NCBI GenBank assembly: GCA_963823035.1
Contig: CAWGKG010000018.1
Coordinates: forward strand, 384,001 to 448,000
DNA from: an uncultured Gemmatimonadales bacterium
GTDB lineage: Bacteria; Gemmatimonadota; Gemmatimonadetes; Longimicrobiales; Gaopeijiaceae
Length of the DNA stretch: 64,000 nt
Direction of reading: 5' to 3'
The stretch's first letter is position 1. Each line of letters opens with the position of its first letter. Positions 39,657-49,151 of the stretch are shown piece after piece. The notes under the pieces were generated by a model. That model ran no database searches and was not told the origin of the DNA. It worked only from the letters and a program-made list of their open reading frames with translations. Both the position numbers and the translations under genes were made by a program.

Positions 39657-41432
39657 CTAGGCCGAGGACCCCGCGAGTTCGAGTCGCATCTCGTGGAGTC
39701 CAGCCCTGACTTCGCGGATCCGAGGAGGCGCCGGAGCAGCCGGCGCCTCCGTCGCCTTATGGGGCCGATCGAGCTCACGCAGCACCTGCTCCGCTTCGAA
39801 GACGGTGCGGCTGATGCCGTTCGCCTCTGCGAAGGAAACACAGGACTCCGCCCAGCGCCGAGCCTCGGCGACTGACCCGAGCGCCACATGACTCTGGGCA
39901 CGCATGAGCAGGACCTCGGCCTTCGCAACCTCGGAACCGGACTCCCAGTTGCGTGCGTCGCTTGCGGCGGCCCGCCTCGCCCAGTCGGCGCGGTGTCCCC
40001 GCAGAGCTGCGACGTAGGCCAGGGCCTCGGCCGAGAAGATCCGGTAGTACTCGGTATCGGCCAGATGCTCCACGATCGACCAGGCGTCCTCGGCGGCCTG
40101 TAGCTCCTTGGCGTCGATCAGGGCACCGGCCAAGCTGGCGAGCACCTCCACCTGATCGCGGCTGTCGCTATAGGTGACGGCCGCCTTCCAACCGTGGGCG
40201 AGGGCCTCCTCGAGGTTGCCGGCCACGTGCTCCAGGGCCAGCAAGCCATGATGCACGCTGGCGATCGCGCGCCGGTCGCCCGAACGCGTCGCGTAGGTCT
40301 CGGCCAGATGCAGCGTCTCCCGCGCGGCCGGGTGGTTGCCCCGGTCACGATGGATGTTCGCGACACCGTCGAGAACCACCGCCACCTTGTGCTCGAGCGA
40401 TGCGGTTTCCGCGATGTCCCGAGCGACGCCGTACCACCGGTGGGCTTCGTCCCACCGAGCCAGACGACGCTGGGCACGTCCCGCGAACCGCGCGGCCTCG
40501 ACGGCAGCCGTGACCATCCCGCACGCGGCGAACATCTCGTACGCGAGCGCATAGAGCTCGGTCGCCCCGTGCAGATGCAGATGCCCCTCGACCGTCCCGC
40601 CGAGCTCCAGGAGCGCGGCTCCGAGCGCCTCGAGGTCCCCGTCATGGAAGGCATCCAGCACGTCGGACCAGAGGCGGGTCTCGTCGTCCGCCTCGACTCC
40701 GGCGAGCTTGGCCTCCACCTCCTCGCGGGCTCGCTGCGCCTGCTGGCGAAGCCGCTCCAGCGGCATCGCCATGTCGTCCTCGACGAGGAGGCGGGGCAAC
40801 CGCGCGACGATGAAGCGGATCGCGATCCGCTGGCCCACGCGCTCGTCGCCCTCGCGACCCTCGACGTCCTGGAGGATCGGCCACCCGGCGAACCGCGGAC
40901 GGCCCTGTCGGTTGTCGTTCCCCGTCCGCGCGAGCGCGGCATCGAGATCCCGATGGAGAACGACCGCGGAGCACTCACCCGCAACGAACATGACCAGGTC
41001 ACGCAGCTTCGAGCCCAGAGCGGGGCGAGGCGTGACCGCGTCGGCGACGAGGAACCAGCTCCGGCTCCCGTCACTGCCGAGGGCCACGGCGAGCGTCCAC
41101 GGGCTTCCGTCGGACTTGCTCCAGCCCTCGGATTCCTGCACCCCGGGGACCCCGTTCTCCCACGCCCGCCGAAGCGGCTCGATGGAGAAGGTGCGGCGCG
41201 GACGATCGTTCAGGAGATCCAGAACCGCGTGCGGGTGGACCAGGCCAGGTCCGTATTCGTCGACCCAGACGGTGGCAACCCGATCGGCATTGACCAGATA
41301 GGCCAGTCGCGCGAGGTGCTCCACGAGCTCCGCACGGCCGGGATCGGCACGATGCAAAGACGTCGCGAGCCTGAGCCTCAGGTCGCGCCGCTCCCTATAG
41401 TCGTCCAGTTTCAGGACCGTGGAGTTCGGCAT
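39657..41432 (-). CDS. Hypothetical protein with GAF-like N-terminal region and TPR-like helical C-terminal half
   Basis: 591 aa from MPNSTVLKLDDYR. C-half has Ala-rich helix pairs (AGRAQRRLARWDEAHRWY; VANIHRDRGNHPAARETL; LEHVAGNLEEALAH; AQSHVALGSVAEARRW). Confidence 0.75.
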   Translation of the reverse strand: MPNSTVLKLDDYRERRDLRLRLATSLHRADPGRAELVEHLARLAYLVNADRVATVWVDEYGPGLVHPHAVLDLLNDRPRRTFSIEPLRRAWENGVPGVQESEGWSKSDGSPWTLAVALGSDGSRSWFLVADAVTPRPALGSKLRDLVMFVAGECSAVVLHRDLDAALARTGNDNRQGRPRFAGWPILQDVEGREGDERVGQRIAIRFIVARLPRLLVEDDMAMPLERLRQQAQRAREEVEAKLAGVEADDETRLWSDVLDAFHDGDLEALGAALLELGGTVEGHLHLHGATELYALAYEMFAACGMVTAAVEAARFAGRAQRRLARWDEAHRWYGVARDIAETASLEHKVAVVLDGVANIHRDRGNHPAARETLHLAETYATRSGDRRAIASVHHGLLALEHVAGNLEEALAHGWKAAVTYSDSRDQVEVLASLAGALIDAKELQAAEDAWSIVEHLADTEYYRIFSAEALAYVAALRGHRADWARRAAASDARNWESGSEVAKAEVLLMRAQSHVALGSVAEARRWAESCVSFAEANGISRTVFEAEQVLRELDRPHKATEAPAAPAPPRIREVRAGLHEMRLELAGSSA

Positions 41433-41572
41433 CGGATGGGGATGGGGGTGAATACCATTCGGGAGGATATTTCCAAGGTAGTCATGCTTCCCGCTCCCGC
41501 ACAACGCTCGTGTCCAGGGGGGCCGTGAGGACCCGCGACGACGACGTCACGGTCCACCCGGAGCCGGACACG

Positions 41573-42475
41573 ATGACCGATCTGGGACTCCTGGCTTCCG
41601 TCGCCATCTGGGGAGCCAACTTCGCCGTCGTCAAAGGCGCCCTGGAAAGCCTGGATCCCCTGGCGTTCAACGCGCTTCGCTACGTCCTGGCCGCCGGCGT
41701 GCTCTGGGCCCTGGTCCGCCGGCTTCCCCACTTGCGGCTGGCGCCCGGCGATCGCCTTCCCCTCCTCGGCGTGACCCTCGTAGGCCACGTCGCCTACCAG
41801 ATGTGCTTCATCCAGGGTATCGACAGGACGTTGGCCGGCAACGCCAGCCTTCTTCTGGCCACCTCGCCCGTGTGGGCGGTCCCGCTGGCGGCAGTCCTGG
41901 ACCGGACGAGGCCCGGCCGGACCCCCGCGGTGGGGGCGCTGGTGACCGTCGCGGGGGTGTTCCTGGTCGTGTTCGGGGGTGGCGGCGCGATCGGCGTGGA
42001 GCCGCGAACGCTGGTGGGAGATGGGCTCATCCTCCTGGGTGCGCTCCTGTGGGCCACCTACACGGTGTCCACGGCGCGACTGGTCCGTGTCTACGGATCC
42101 CTGCGGATCACGGCCTGGACCCTCTGGTGCGGCACACCCGTCCTGGTCCTCGCCGGCATCCCCGAACTCGCCCGGACCTCGTGGCGCGCCGTGGGAATCG
42201 AAGTGTGGGGGGGCGTGGCGTACGCGGGTGCGCTCGCCATCGGCGTCGGCTACGTCCTGTGGAACCGCGGCATCCAGCGCCTCGGGCACGTGCGCACTGC
42301 CGTCTACCAGAATCTGGTGCCCGTCGCCGCCCTGATCGTCGCGTGGATCGCCCTCGGGGAGGTGCCCACCAGGCCGCAGCTGCTCGGCGCGGCGGTGATC
42401 CTGGGAGGCGTCTCGTTGGCTCGGCTGGGGCGACCCGGAGCGCGTCAGGCGCCCGGTCCGAGCTCCTTACGATGA
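41573..42475 (+). CDS. DMT/EamA-family transporter
   Basis: IWGANF...LR, about 10 TMs in two repeats, GD..ILLGALLWATYT, LGE. Confidence 0.9.
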   Translation: MTDLGLLASVAIWGANFAVVKGALESLDPLAFNALRYVLAAGVLWALVRRLPHLRLAPGDRLPLLGVTLVGHVAYQMCFIQGIDRTLAGNASLLLATSPVWAVPLAAVLDRTRPGRTPAVGALVTVAGVFLVVFGGGGAIGVEPRTLVGDGLILLGALLWATYTVSTARLVRVYGSLRITAWTLWCGTPVLVLAGIPELARTSWRAVGIEVWGGVAYAGALAIGVGYVLWNRGIQRLGHVRTAVYQNLVPVAALIVAWIALGEVPTRPQLLGAAVILGGVSLARLGRPGARQAPGPSSLR

Positions 42476-43224
42476 AGCACCTCGGGAAACTCGTAGTAGA
42501 GCACGCCTTCCTTGGAGATCTCGGATCGGACGCGGAAGCCGTCGTCCATCGAGGTGAGGATCTTCTCGGCGGCGGGGAGGGAGAGGTTCATCTCCGCGGC
42601 GACCTCCGTGACCGTCAACGTGCCGTCCTTGAGCGTGGCGAGACGCAGGATCCTGCGCTGCAGCCCCTGCATGATCGCCTTTCGGCGCTCCTGGAGGCCC
42701 CGCCATCCCCAGTAGAACATGAGGGAGCCGCCGGCGCCGAAGATGCCGCCGAAGGCGATCGCCTCGGGCGTGAACTCCACGAACCCCATGACCACCATCA
42801 GGCTGGCCAGGAGCACCATGATCGTCCCGAGGACCCGTCGCTTGATCCCGCTCCCCGGCAGCGAGCCCTCGCCCGGTGCCTGGGCTTCGACGGCGAAGCG
42901 CTCCGGCTCCGGTCCCGCGAGCGCGAGCGCGCGCGAGGCGTGCTCCCAACCCAAGCCGCACCTGGGGCAGATGAGGTGCTTCCGACGCGCGAGCCAATAG
43001 ACGAGCCCGCCGAAGCCGTAGGTGAAGAGGCTGACCCCGACCAGGAGCCCGACATGCCCGGCCCGACGAAAATAGGGAATCCCCTCTCCCTGGTACCCGC
43101 AACGCGGACAGCGCCGCACCCCCGTCGGGCGCGTCAGCACCATGCCGACGGGCGTACCCGTGCCGCACGTGGGGCACTGCATGGCGCCCGGCTCGAGGGT
43201 CTCCCCACAGGTGGAGCAGCGCAT
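42445..43224 (-). CDS. Zinc-ribbon membrane protein with C-terminal winged-helix-like domain
   Basis: CSTC/CPTC ribbon, CPRC-hydrophobic-HLICPRC module, two TMs, then LTVTEVAAEMNLSLPAAEKIL...GVLYYEFP. Confidence 0.75.
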   Translation of the reverse strand: MRCSTCGETLEPGAMQCPTCGTGTPVGMVLTRPTGVRRCPRCGYQGEGIPYFRRAGHVGLLVGVSLFTYGFGGLVYWLARRKHLICPRCGLGWEHASRALALAGPEPERFAVEAQAPGEGSLPGSGIKRRVLGTIMVLLASLMVVMGFVEFTPEAIAFGGIFGAGGSLMFYWGWRGLQERRKAIMQGLQRRILRLATLKDGTLTVTEVAAEMNLSLPAAEKILTSMDDGFRVRSEISKEGVLYYEFPEVLHRKELGPGA

Positions 43225-43310
43225 GGAATCCGTCGGAAACAGATGATTGCCTGGGCGGAACACTCCTCCCTACGAACACCCCCGGGAGAAGATTCAGGCC
43301 TCCGGGGGCC

Positions 43311-45500
43311 TCAGAAGATGCGCACCACGCGCAGGCGCAGGCCCGCTTCCGTCGGCGCGTTTCCCCCTGCCGCGCCCCCGAGGCGCAGCACGGTGCTGCC
43401 GGCCGACGGCGGTATCACAATGTAGTGCTTGATCGAGGACGACCATAGCGATCCGGTGCGCGTGAAGTCCCCTTCCGCGAGGAACTCAGGAGCCAGCGGA
43501 AACGGGCCGTCGGCTCCACTCAAGCGCTCCTTGAGGTCGACCGTGGGATAGGCGAAGGGGATCCCCGGGCCCGACAGGCCGTCCAGATACAGCGCCGCGC
43601 CCCACGCCGCGAAGACCTGCTTCCACGTCTGGCCCGTCACGGCGGAGACGTTTGCCGTTCCGGTGAGCGTCGTGCGCGTCAGGCGCGCCAGGACGCCGTC
43701 CTGCCCGCCGACGTCCCACAGATAGAGGGTGAACAGCCACCCGCCTCCACGCTCCGCGAGGCTTCCCTGCCCCGTCGCCACGATGACGCTCGCCGAGTCG
43801 GTGTGTGCGAGGTAGCGCTTCGCCCGATCGTCGTTCCCTTCACGGAAGTGCCTCGCGCTGAGGAAGTTACCGCGCGCGTCGTACGCGCGGGCCACGAGCT
43901 CCTCGGCCATCTGCGCGAGCCCCTCCGAGAGCCACAGCGCCTCCGTGCGATCGGCCCCGAGCTTCAGCACCCGCTCGTTGAAGTGGATCATGTGCTGGAA
44001 CTCGTGGGCCAGGACGGCCGGCACGACCTGGAGGATCTTGGCCTTTCCCCTCGCGTCCGAGTAGACCCCCTCGGGGTCGGGCACGACCGAGTAGAACACC
44101 TCGCCCCGGTTGCTGCCGCTCCGATCCAGGAGGTCGAGACCGTAGAAGAACCCGCCGACGAACCCCTCGGCGCCTCGCGGTGTGAGACCGTTGACCGTCG
44201 GGGTGAAGAGGATCACCACCCGCCCGTTGCCGTCGAGGTCCGACGGTTGGCCGTACGCCTCGGTGTCGGTGGGATGGATCACGTCGTCGAAGCCCGCGGC
44301 GAAGGCTTCGAGATCGGCATCGTCGAAGCCGCCCGCCGGTGCCATCCGGTCCACGTAGATGATCGTGTGGGCGCTCACCACGCGCGCGACGGCGGTGACC
44401 TGGTCGAAACGCCCGTCGGCGTTCAGCACGGAGAAGGTCCGTCGGTCACCCACGGCCGGAACGGCCGAAGGAGCCCCAGGCGCGCGGGTCACGGTACGGG
44501 CGTGCGGCGTGCCCGCACGCACCCATCGATCCTCCTCGCCCCGTAGCGCAACCTCCCACCGTGCGGAGAATGGAGCACCGGCGGAAGGTGCGGGGGGCGT
44601 TCGGGGAGAGGGGGTGGGCCGTCCGCTCGTGGAGACGACGGGGCCCTCTCCGAGTCCGCTCAGCACGTAGTCGTACCGGGCCGCCCCCGTCGTTCCGGAC
44701 GCCACCGCCATGACGAGGTAGCTGGCTCCGTCACCGGCGAGGCGGAGGCATTCGATGCGTTGGCTCTCGTCCACGTCGACGTACCCGCCGCGGTCGAGCC
44801 GCGTCACACGGCCCGAGTCCGCCATCAGCAGCGGGAGCGGCTCGCTGCGGAGCCCGCCGAGCTGCGTCCAAACGCCCACGATCCTCGGGGGGAGGCAGTC
44901 CGGGACCTGGACCTGGATCTGGTTGGGATCGGCCGCGAGCACGCGGCCCCTGATGCCCGAGAAGAGGACGACGTTGCTCGCCGGGTCTCCGCTGAAACCG
45001 TGCCCGGTGAGCGTGAGCGTCTCGCCGCCACGCGCCACCTCCAGCGAGAGGGAGGCGACCTGCGGATGGTCGACGACGTAGGCCTCGAAGACGGCGACGG
45101 ACTCCGGGTGGTCATGGATCGCGGCGTACACGCGCACGGTGTCGGTGCCGCTGCCCAGCGTGACGTTCACCCGTGCCCGACCGTCGGCGTCCGTGGTACC
45201 GAGGGCGTTCTCCTCGATGGAGGCGGCGCCCGCGCGCACCGTCCACTCGATGAGCACGCCTCCCTGGGGCCCGGCGGTGCCGGCGTTCCGGACCCGCACC
45301 TCCAGGGGCTGGTCGAGCGGCTGCCCCGCGATGCCGAACTGGCGGTCGCCACCGGTGATCGTGACCTCGAGCTCGGGCTCCGGCCCCGCCGGCGAATCGC
45401 CGCAGGCGGTGAGGAGGGCGGGAAGCGGGAAGGTGAGGAGGAGCAGGACGATACGGCGGCGGGAGGCCTGCGCGGGGAGCGTCGCCCGAGCCGAGCGCAC
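43311..45500 (-). CDS. Lipoprotein zinc metallopeptidase with Ig-like and IPT/TIG domains (M30/hyicolysin-like)
   Basis: Lipobox LLTAC, Ig-like and TIG-like segments (LTLTGHGF), DLDGNGRVVIL, LAHEFQHMI and WLSEGLA. Confidence 0.8.
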   Translation of the reverse strand: MRSARATLPAQASRRRIVLLLLTFPLPALLTACGDSPAGPEPELEVTITGGDRQFGIAGQPLDQPLEVRVRNAGTAGPQGGVLIEWTVRAGAASIEENALGTTDADGRARVNVTLGSGTDTVRVYAAIHDHPESVAVFEAYVVDHPQVASLSLEVARGGETLTLTGHGFSGDPASNVVLFSGIRGRVLAADPNQIQVQVPDCLPPRIVGVWTQLGGLRSEPLPLLMADSGRVTRLDRGGYVDVDESQRIECLRLAGDGASYLVMAVASGTTGAARYDYVLSGLGEGPVVSTSGRPTPSPRTPPAPSAGAPFSARWEVALRGEEDRWVRAGTPHARTVTRAPGAPSAVPAVGDRRTFSVLNADGRFDQVTAVARVVSAHTIIYVDRMAPAGGFDDADLEAFAAGFDDVIHPTDTEAYGQPSDLDGNGRVVILFTPTVNGLTPRGAEGFVGGFFYGLDLLDRSGSNRGEVFYSVVPDPEGVYSDARGKAKILQVVPAVLAHEFQHMIHFNERVLKLGADRTEALWLSEGLAQMAEELVARAYDARGNFLSARHFREGNDDRAKRYLAHTDSASVIVATGQGSLAERGGGWLFTLYLWDVGGQDGVLARLTRTTLTGTANVSAVTGQTWKQVFAAWGAALYLDGLSGPGIPFAYPTVDLKERLSGADGPFPLAPEFLAEGDFTRTGSLWSSSIKHYIVIPPSAGSTVLRLGGAAGGNAPTEAGLRLRVVRIF

Positions 45501-46511
45501 TACCGTTTCCGCTCCAACGACACCAGGTCCACGATGGGCGTGCCGGTCAGGGAGGAGGCACCCGTTCGAACGCGCCCGGTCACGGAGATGAGCTCGAGGG
45601 GCACCAGACCCTGCACCTCCGGGACGCGCTCGGTCGGCACCGCCACGTACACGAACGGCCCGTCCGCGCCCCCGTATCGGGTCAGCATGAACGGCTCGCC
45701 CTCGAAGAAGTCCGTCCGCACCTTCTCCGCGTGCTCCAGGGAGATGAACTGCAGCTGCCACGCCACGAGCCGGCCGGCACTTCCCTGCGGGTCGGTCCTC
45801 AGGTCCGCAGGCGTGATCGTTCCCGGGTCGGCCCCGGCCACCACGGCTGTCGCCGGGTGGCAGCCACGTCCATCCCTCCAGGCGTACCCTGGCCCAGCTG
45901 CCCTGGCGCGCCACCACCTCCAGCTCGGCTCGGGGGATCGTCGTGCCCACGGTATCCCCTCCGGGCGCGGTGAGGATCGCGGCGCCGTTGGCGCCCGCTG
46001 TGGCGAACCCCGAGGAGGACCTGGGCGCCGCGGCCGGGGCGGAAGCGGGTTGCGCCACGGGAGGGGTGCGCCGTGTCGGCGGCGCCGCCACCGAGGGTCC
46101 CCACATCCAGGCCCGTCGCTTGACGTGGATCCAACCCGGCCGGCTCTCGACCTCCTCGAGGAGCGTGCCTTCGAGGAGGTACCCCTGCATGTCGCCCTGG
46201 GGGGCGTCCCGCAGGTTCTCGCCGTCCTCGGCCGAGACCACGAGATCGAAGCCCTCGCGATCGGTCTTCTCGAGGGAGCGCGCCCACACCCACCCCTCGA
46301 CCTCGACCTCGGTCCACGCCCCCTGTCGGGACACGATCGTGACGGGTGCGCCCGCCTCCATGCGGGCCAGGATCGCCCCATTCGCTTCCTTGCGGAGATT
46401 CTCCTGGGTGCTCACGCGCGCTCCCGTCTGCGCCGCCAACGGGGGAGCGAGCACGGTGACGAGCAGGGTCGAGACCAGGCTCGCCCTCCACCTACGGATC
46501 GGGGATTGCAT
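45500..46511 (-). CDS. Secreted protein with repeated SH3-like domains, with a frameshift near 45850
   Basis: Signal peptide. Three segments of the type NLR...G.W.EV..EGW. The C-terminus continues in another frame to 45500. Confidence 0.7.
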
Positions 46512-46666
46512 GGGTGCTGAAACGAACCTGGTCCGATAGAGTACCAAGGAGCGAAGATGCCCGCCCGGCGGGCCTCGAGGCGGCCCGCGCGGCCCGCCTC
46601 AATCTGCCCGGGGCGCTGAAGAGCGTCAATCGCAATTCCCTTCCGGGAGAGGAGTACCATCCCTCC

Positions 46667-47362
46667 ATGCGTGCACGTATCGCACGGGGCTGCCTGACGG
46701 CCGCCGCGACCCTGTTGCTTGTCCCGCTCCCGGGAGCGGCCCAGACCGTCCCCTCCCCCTTCCGCTACCTCGAGACGAAGCAGGAGGTCGGCCTGCTCTT
46801 CGGCGTTACCAACGCGGCCAGTGGCAGGTTCGGATTCGGACCCGGGGGGGGAGTGCGCATGGGTGCGCGCTGGGGCATCCGGCTCTCCGGTCCGCTCGGC
46901 TTCGAAGGCGTGGCCGCCGTGATCTCCGGCAAGCGGGACGTGGTGAACCCCGCCCGGCTCGAAGGCGACCGCAAGATCGGTGAGGCCGACGCCCGCCTCG
47001 GCACCGTCGACGCCCGGCTGCGCTTCACCTTCACGGGCGACCGCTCCTGGCACGCGCTCGCTCCCTTCATCGTGGCCGGGGGCGGGCTCGTCTTCGACGC
47101 GGCGGGAGCCCAGCCTCTCGACGAGGAGCTCGAGACCACGGACCGGTTCGACTTCGGATCCAGCTTCCTGGGAACGTTCGGCGGGGGCACCCACCTCTAC
47201 CTGACCGATCGGCTCGCGCTCCGGGGCGACGGGATCTTCTCGCTGTGGAAGATCAAGACGCCTCCGGGGTTCAGCGACCCCGACCGGGGGATCGCGTCCG
47301 TGCAGGCGAGCGAGTGGGTGAGCGCCCTCCACCTCACGGTCTCCGCGGTCATCCGCTTCTGA
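46667..47362 (+). CDS. Outer-membrane beta-barrel protein
   Basis: Signal peptide, amphipathic strands (PFIVAGGG, LALRGD) and C-terminal Phe. Confidence 0.75.
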   Translation: MRARIARGCLTAAATLLLVPLPGAAQTVPSPFRYLETKQEVGLLFGVTNAASGRFGFGPGGGVRMGARWGIRLSGPLGFEGVAAVISGKRDVVNPARLEGDRKIGEADARLGTVDARLRFTFTGDRSWHALAPFIVAGGGLVFDAAGAQPLDEELETTDRFDFGSSFLGTFGGGTHLYLTDRLALRGDGIFSLWKIKTPPGFSDPDRGIASVQASEWVSALHLTVSAVIRF

Positions 47363-47430
47363 CCGGCTCGCGGCCGTGAGCGCCGGCAACCCACCGGAGT
47401 TCGAGGTCCGACGCCGCGGATTGGCTCGGC

Positions 47431-48681
47431 GTGGCCGACGCCACGCGACGGATCCTCGTGCGCGCCGATCCGCTGGAGATCGAGCGGGTCCCCCTCCTCG
47501 ACGCGCTCGGACGCGCCCTGGCCGAGGACGTGCACGCCACCGCGACGCTGCCGCCGTGGGACAACAGCGCGATGGACGGCTACGCCGTGCGAGCCGAGGA
47601 CGTGCGCGGGGCCGGACGTGAGCGCGAGGTGTCGCTCGCGGTGGTGGGCCTGATCCGCGCGGGGGAGTCGCCGAGTACGCCGGTGCGTCCGGGCCAGGCG
47701 GTCCGCATCATGACCGGCGCGCCACTGCCGCCCGGCGCGGACTCCGTGGTGCGGGTGGAGGACACGGACGCCGAGGCCGACGAGGGCACCGTGCGCGTGC
47801 GCGACGACCGGGACGCGCACCGGAACGTGCGCCCCGGCGGGGAGGACATGCGCGCGGGGCAGCGGGTGCTGGGCGAGGGCTCCACCGTCCACGCGGGCAC
47901 GGTCGGTGTCCTCGCGGCGCTCGGTCTCGACACGGTGCCGGTGCGCAGGAGGCCACGCGTGGCGATCCTGACCACCGGCGACGAGCTGCGCACCCCGGAT
48001 CGGTACGAGGAGGTCCGCGCAGGGGCGGGGGTGCCGGAGTCGAACGGCCCCATGACGGCCGCCGCCGTGGTCGCGGCCGGGGGCGTCCCGGTGCCCCTCG
48101 GGATCGCGCCCGACGATCCCGACGCGATCCGCGAAGCCGTCCGGCGGGCCGAGGGTGCCGACGCCCTGGTCACGGTGGGTGGCGCATCCATGGGGGAAGC
48201 CGACCTCGTCAAGCGCGTGCTCGACGCGGAGGGCTTCCGCCAGGAGTTCTGGCGGGTGCGGATGCGCCCGGGAAGCCCGTTCGGCTTCGGGCACCTTCCC
48301 CGAGGAGCGGGCCAGGCGGTCTTCGGCCTCCCCGGCAACCCCTCCTCGGCCTTCGTCACCTTCGAGCTCTTCGTACGCCCCTACCTCCTGCGGCTCGCCG
48401 GGCATCGGGACGTCTTCCGCACCCGGCTGGCGTGCATCGCCGACGAGCGCCTCGCGGGCGCCGAGGACCTGGCCGTCTTCCTGCGCGTGACCGTGGACTT
48501 CCGCACCACCCCGCCCAGGGCTTCGATGACGGGCCCTCAGGGATCCGGGTTGGTCGGGGGCCTGGCGTCTGCGGGGGGGCTGGCGGTGCTCCCGGAAGGC
48601 GTCGCCGCGGTCGAGGCGGGCGAGCCGGTGCAGGTGATCCTCCTCGACGGGCACACCCGGGGAACACCCGGGGCACCGTGA
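47431..48681 (+). CDS. moeA: Molybdopterin molybdenumtransferase
   Basis: SAMDGYA, IMTGAPLP, TTGDEL, GGASMG, RPG, GLPGNP. Confidence 0.95.
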   Translation: MADATRRILVRADPLEIERVPLLDALGRALAEDVHATATLPPWDNSAMDGYAVRAEDVRGAGREREVSLAVVGLIRAGESPSTPVRPGQAVRIMTGAPLPPGADSVVRVEDTDAEADEGTVRVRDDRDAHRNVRPGGEDMRAGQRVLGEGSTVHAGTVGVLAALGLDTVPVRRRPRVAILTTGDELRTPDRYEEVRAGAGVPESNGPMTAAAVVAAGGVPVPLGIAPDDPDAIREAVRRAEGADALVTVGGASMGEADLVKRVLDAEGFRQEFWRVRMRPGSPFGFGHLPRGAGQAVFGLPGNPSSAFVTFELFVRPYLLRLAGHRDVFRTRLACIADERLAGAEDLAVFLRVTVDFRTTPPRASMTGPQGSGLVGGLASAGGLAVLPEGVAAVEAGEPVQVILLDGHTRGTPGAP

Positions 48682-49151
48682 GGGGGCACGCGGGCGGTCG
48701 CCTGATCCTGCTGGCGTTGGCCAGCCTGGCCGGCGGCTGCGCGATCCCGCGCTGGCCGGTGGATGCGCCCATCACGTCGCCCTTCGGCATCCGCTTGCGG
48801 GGGATCGTTCCCGGCATCCACCGGGGCGTCGACCTCGCCGTGCCGACCGGAACCCCCGTGCGGTCCATGGCCCCCGGGAGGGTCCGCTTCGCGGGGGTGC
48901 AGCGGGGGTTCGGGAACGTCGTCTGGGTCGACCACGGTGGCGAGGTGCTCACGGTGTACGCGCACCTGTCGGAGATCCGCGTGACCGCCGGCGAAGCCGT
49001 CGCCGGCGGTCAGGTCCTCGGCCTGAGCGGGAGCAGCGGAGACGCCACCGCGCCCCACCTGCACTTCGAGATCTGGCGGTGGGGACGGGAGGTGGATCCC
49101 GTACCCCTCCTGGGAGGCTTTCCTACCCGGGCTGCTAGCCCTGGCTCTTGA
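48678..49151 (+). CDS. M23-family peptidase lipoprotein
   Basis: Lipobox LAGGC, HRGVD, YAHL, PHLHFE. Confidence 0.9.
   Translation: MRGHAGGRLILLALASLAGGCAIPRWPVDAPITSPFGIRLRGIVPGIHRGVDLAVPTGTPVRSMAPGRVRFAGVQRGFGNVVWVDHGGEVLTVYAHLSEIRVTAGEAVAGGQVLGLSGSSGDATAPHLHFEIWRWGREVDPVPLLGGFPTRAASPGS

Noticed and set aside
39389..39928. Minus-strand ORF with PVPGCTL repeats, and other-frame repeat ORFs at 39469-39660 and 39515-39709
   Set aside because: Shadow frames of the repeat. The 39411-39650 frame has the signal peptide, an RBS-like site and a stop exactly at the repeat end.
43311..46547. 1078-aa SH3-metallopeptidase fusion in the ORF track
   Set aside because: Artefact of a frameshift near 45850. 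The SH3 gene ends at 45500 in another frame, and the peptidase has its own signal peptide and lipobox.
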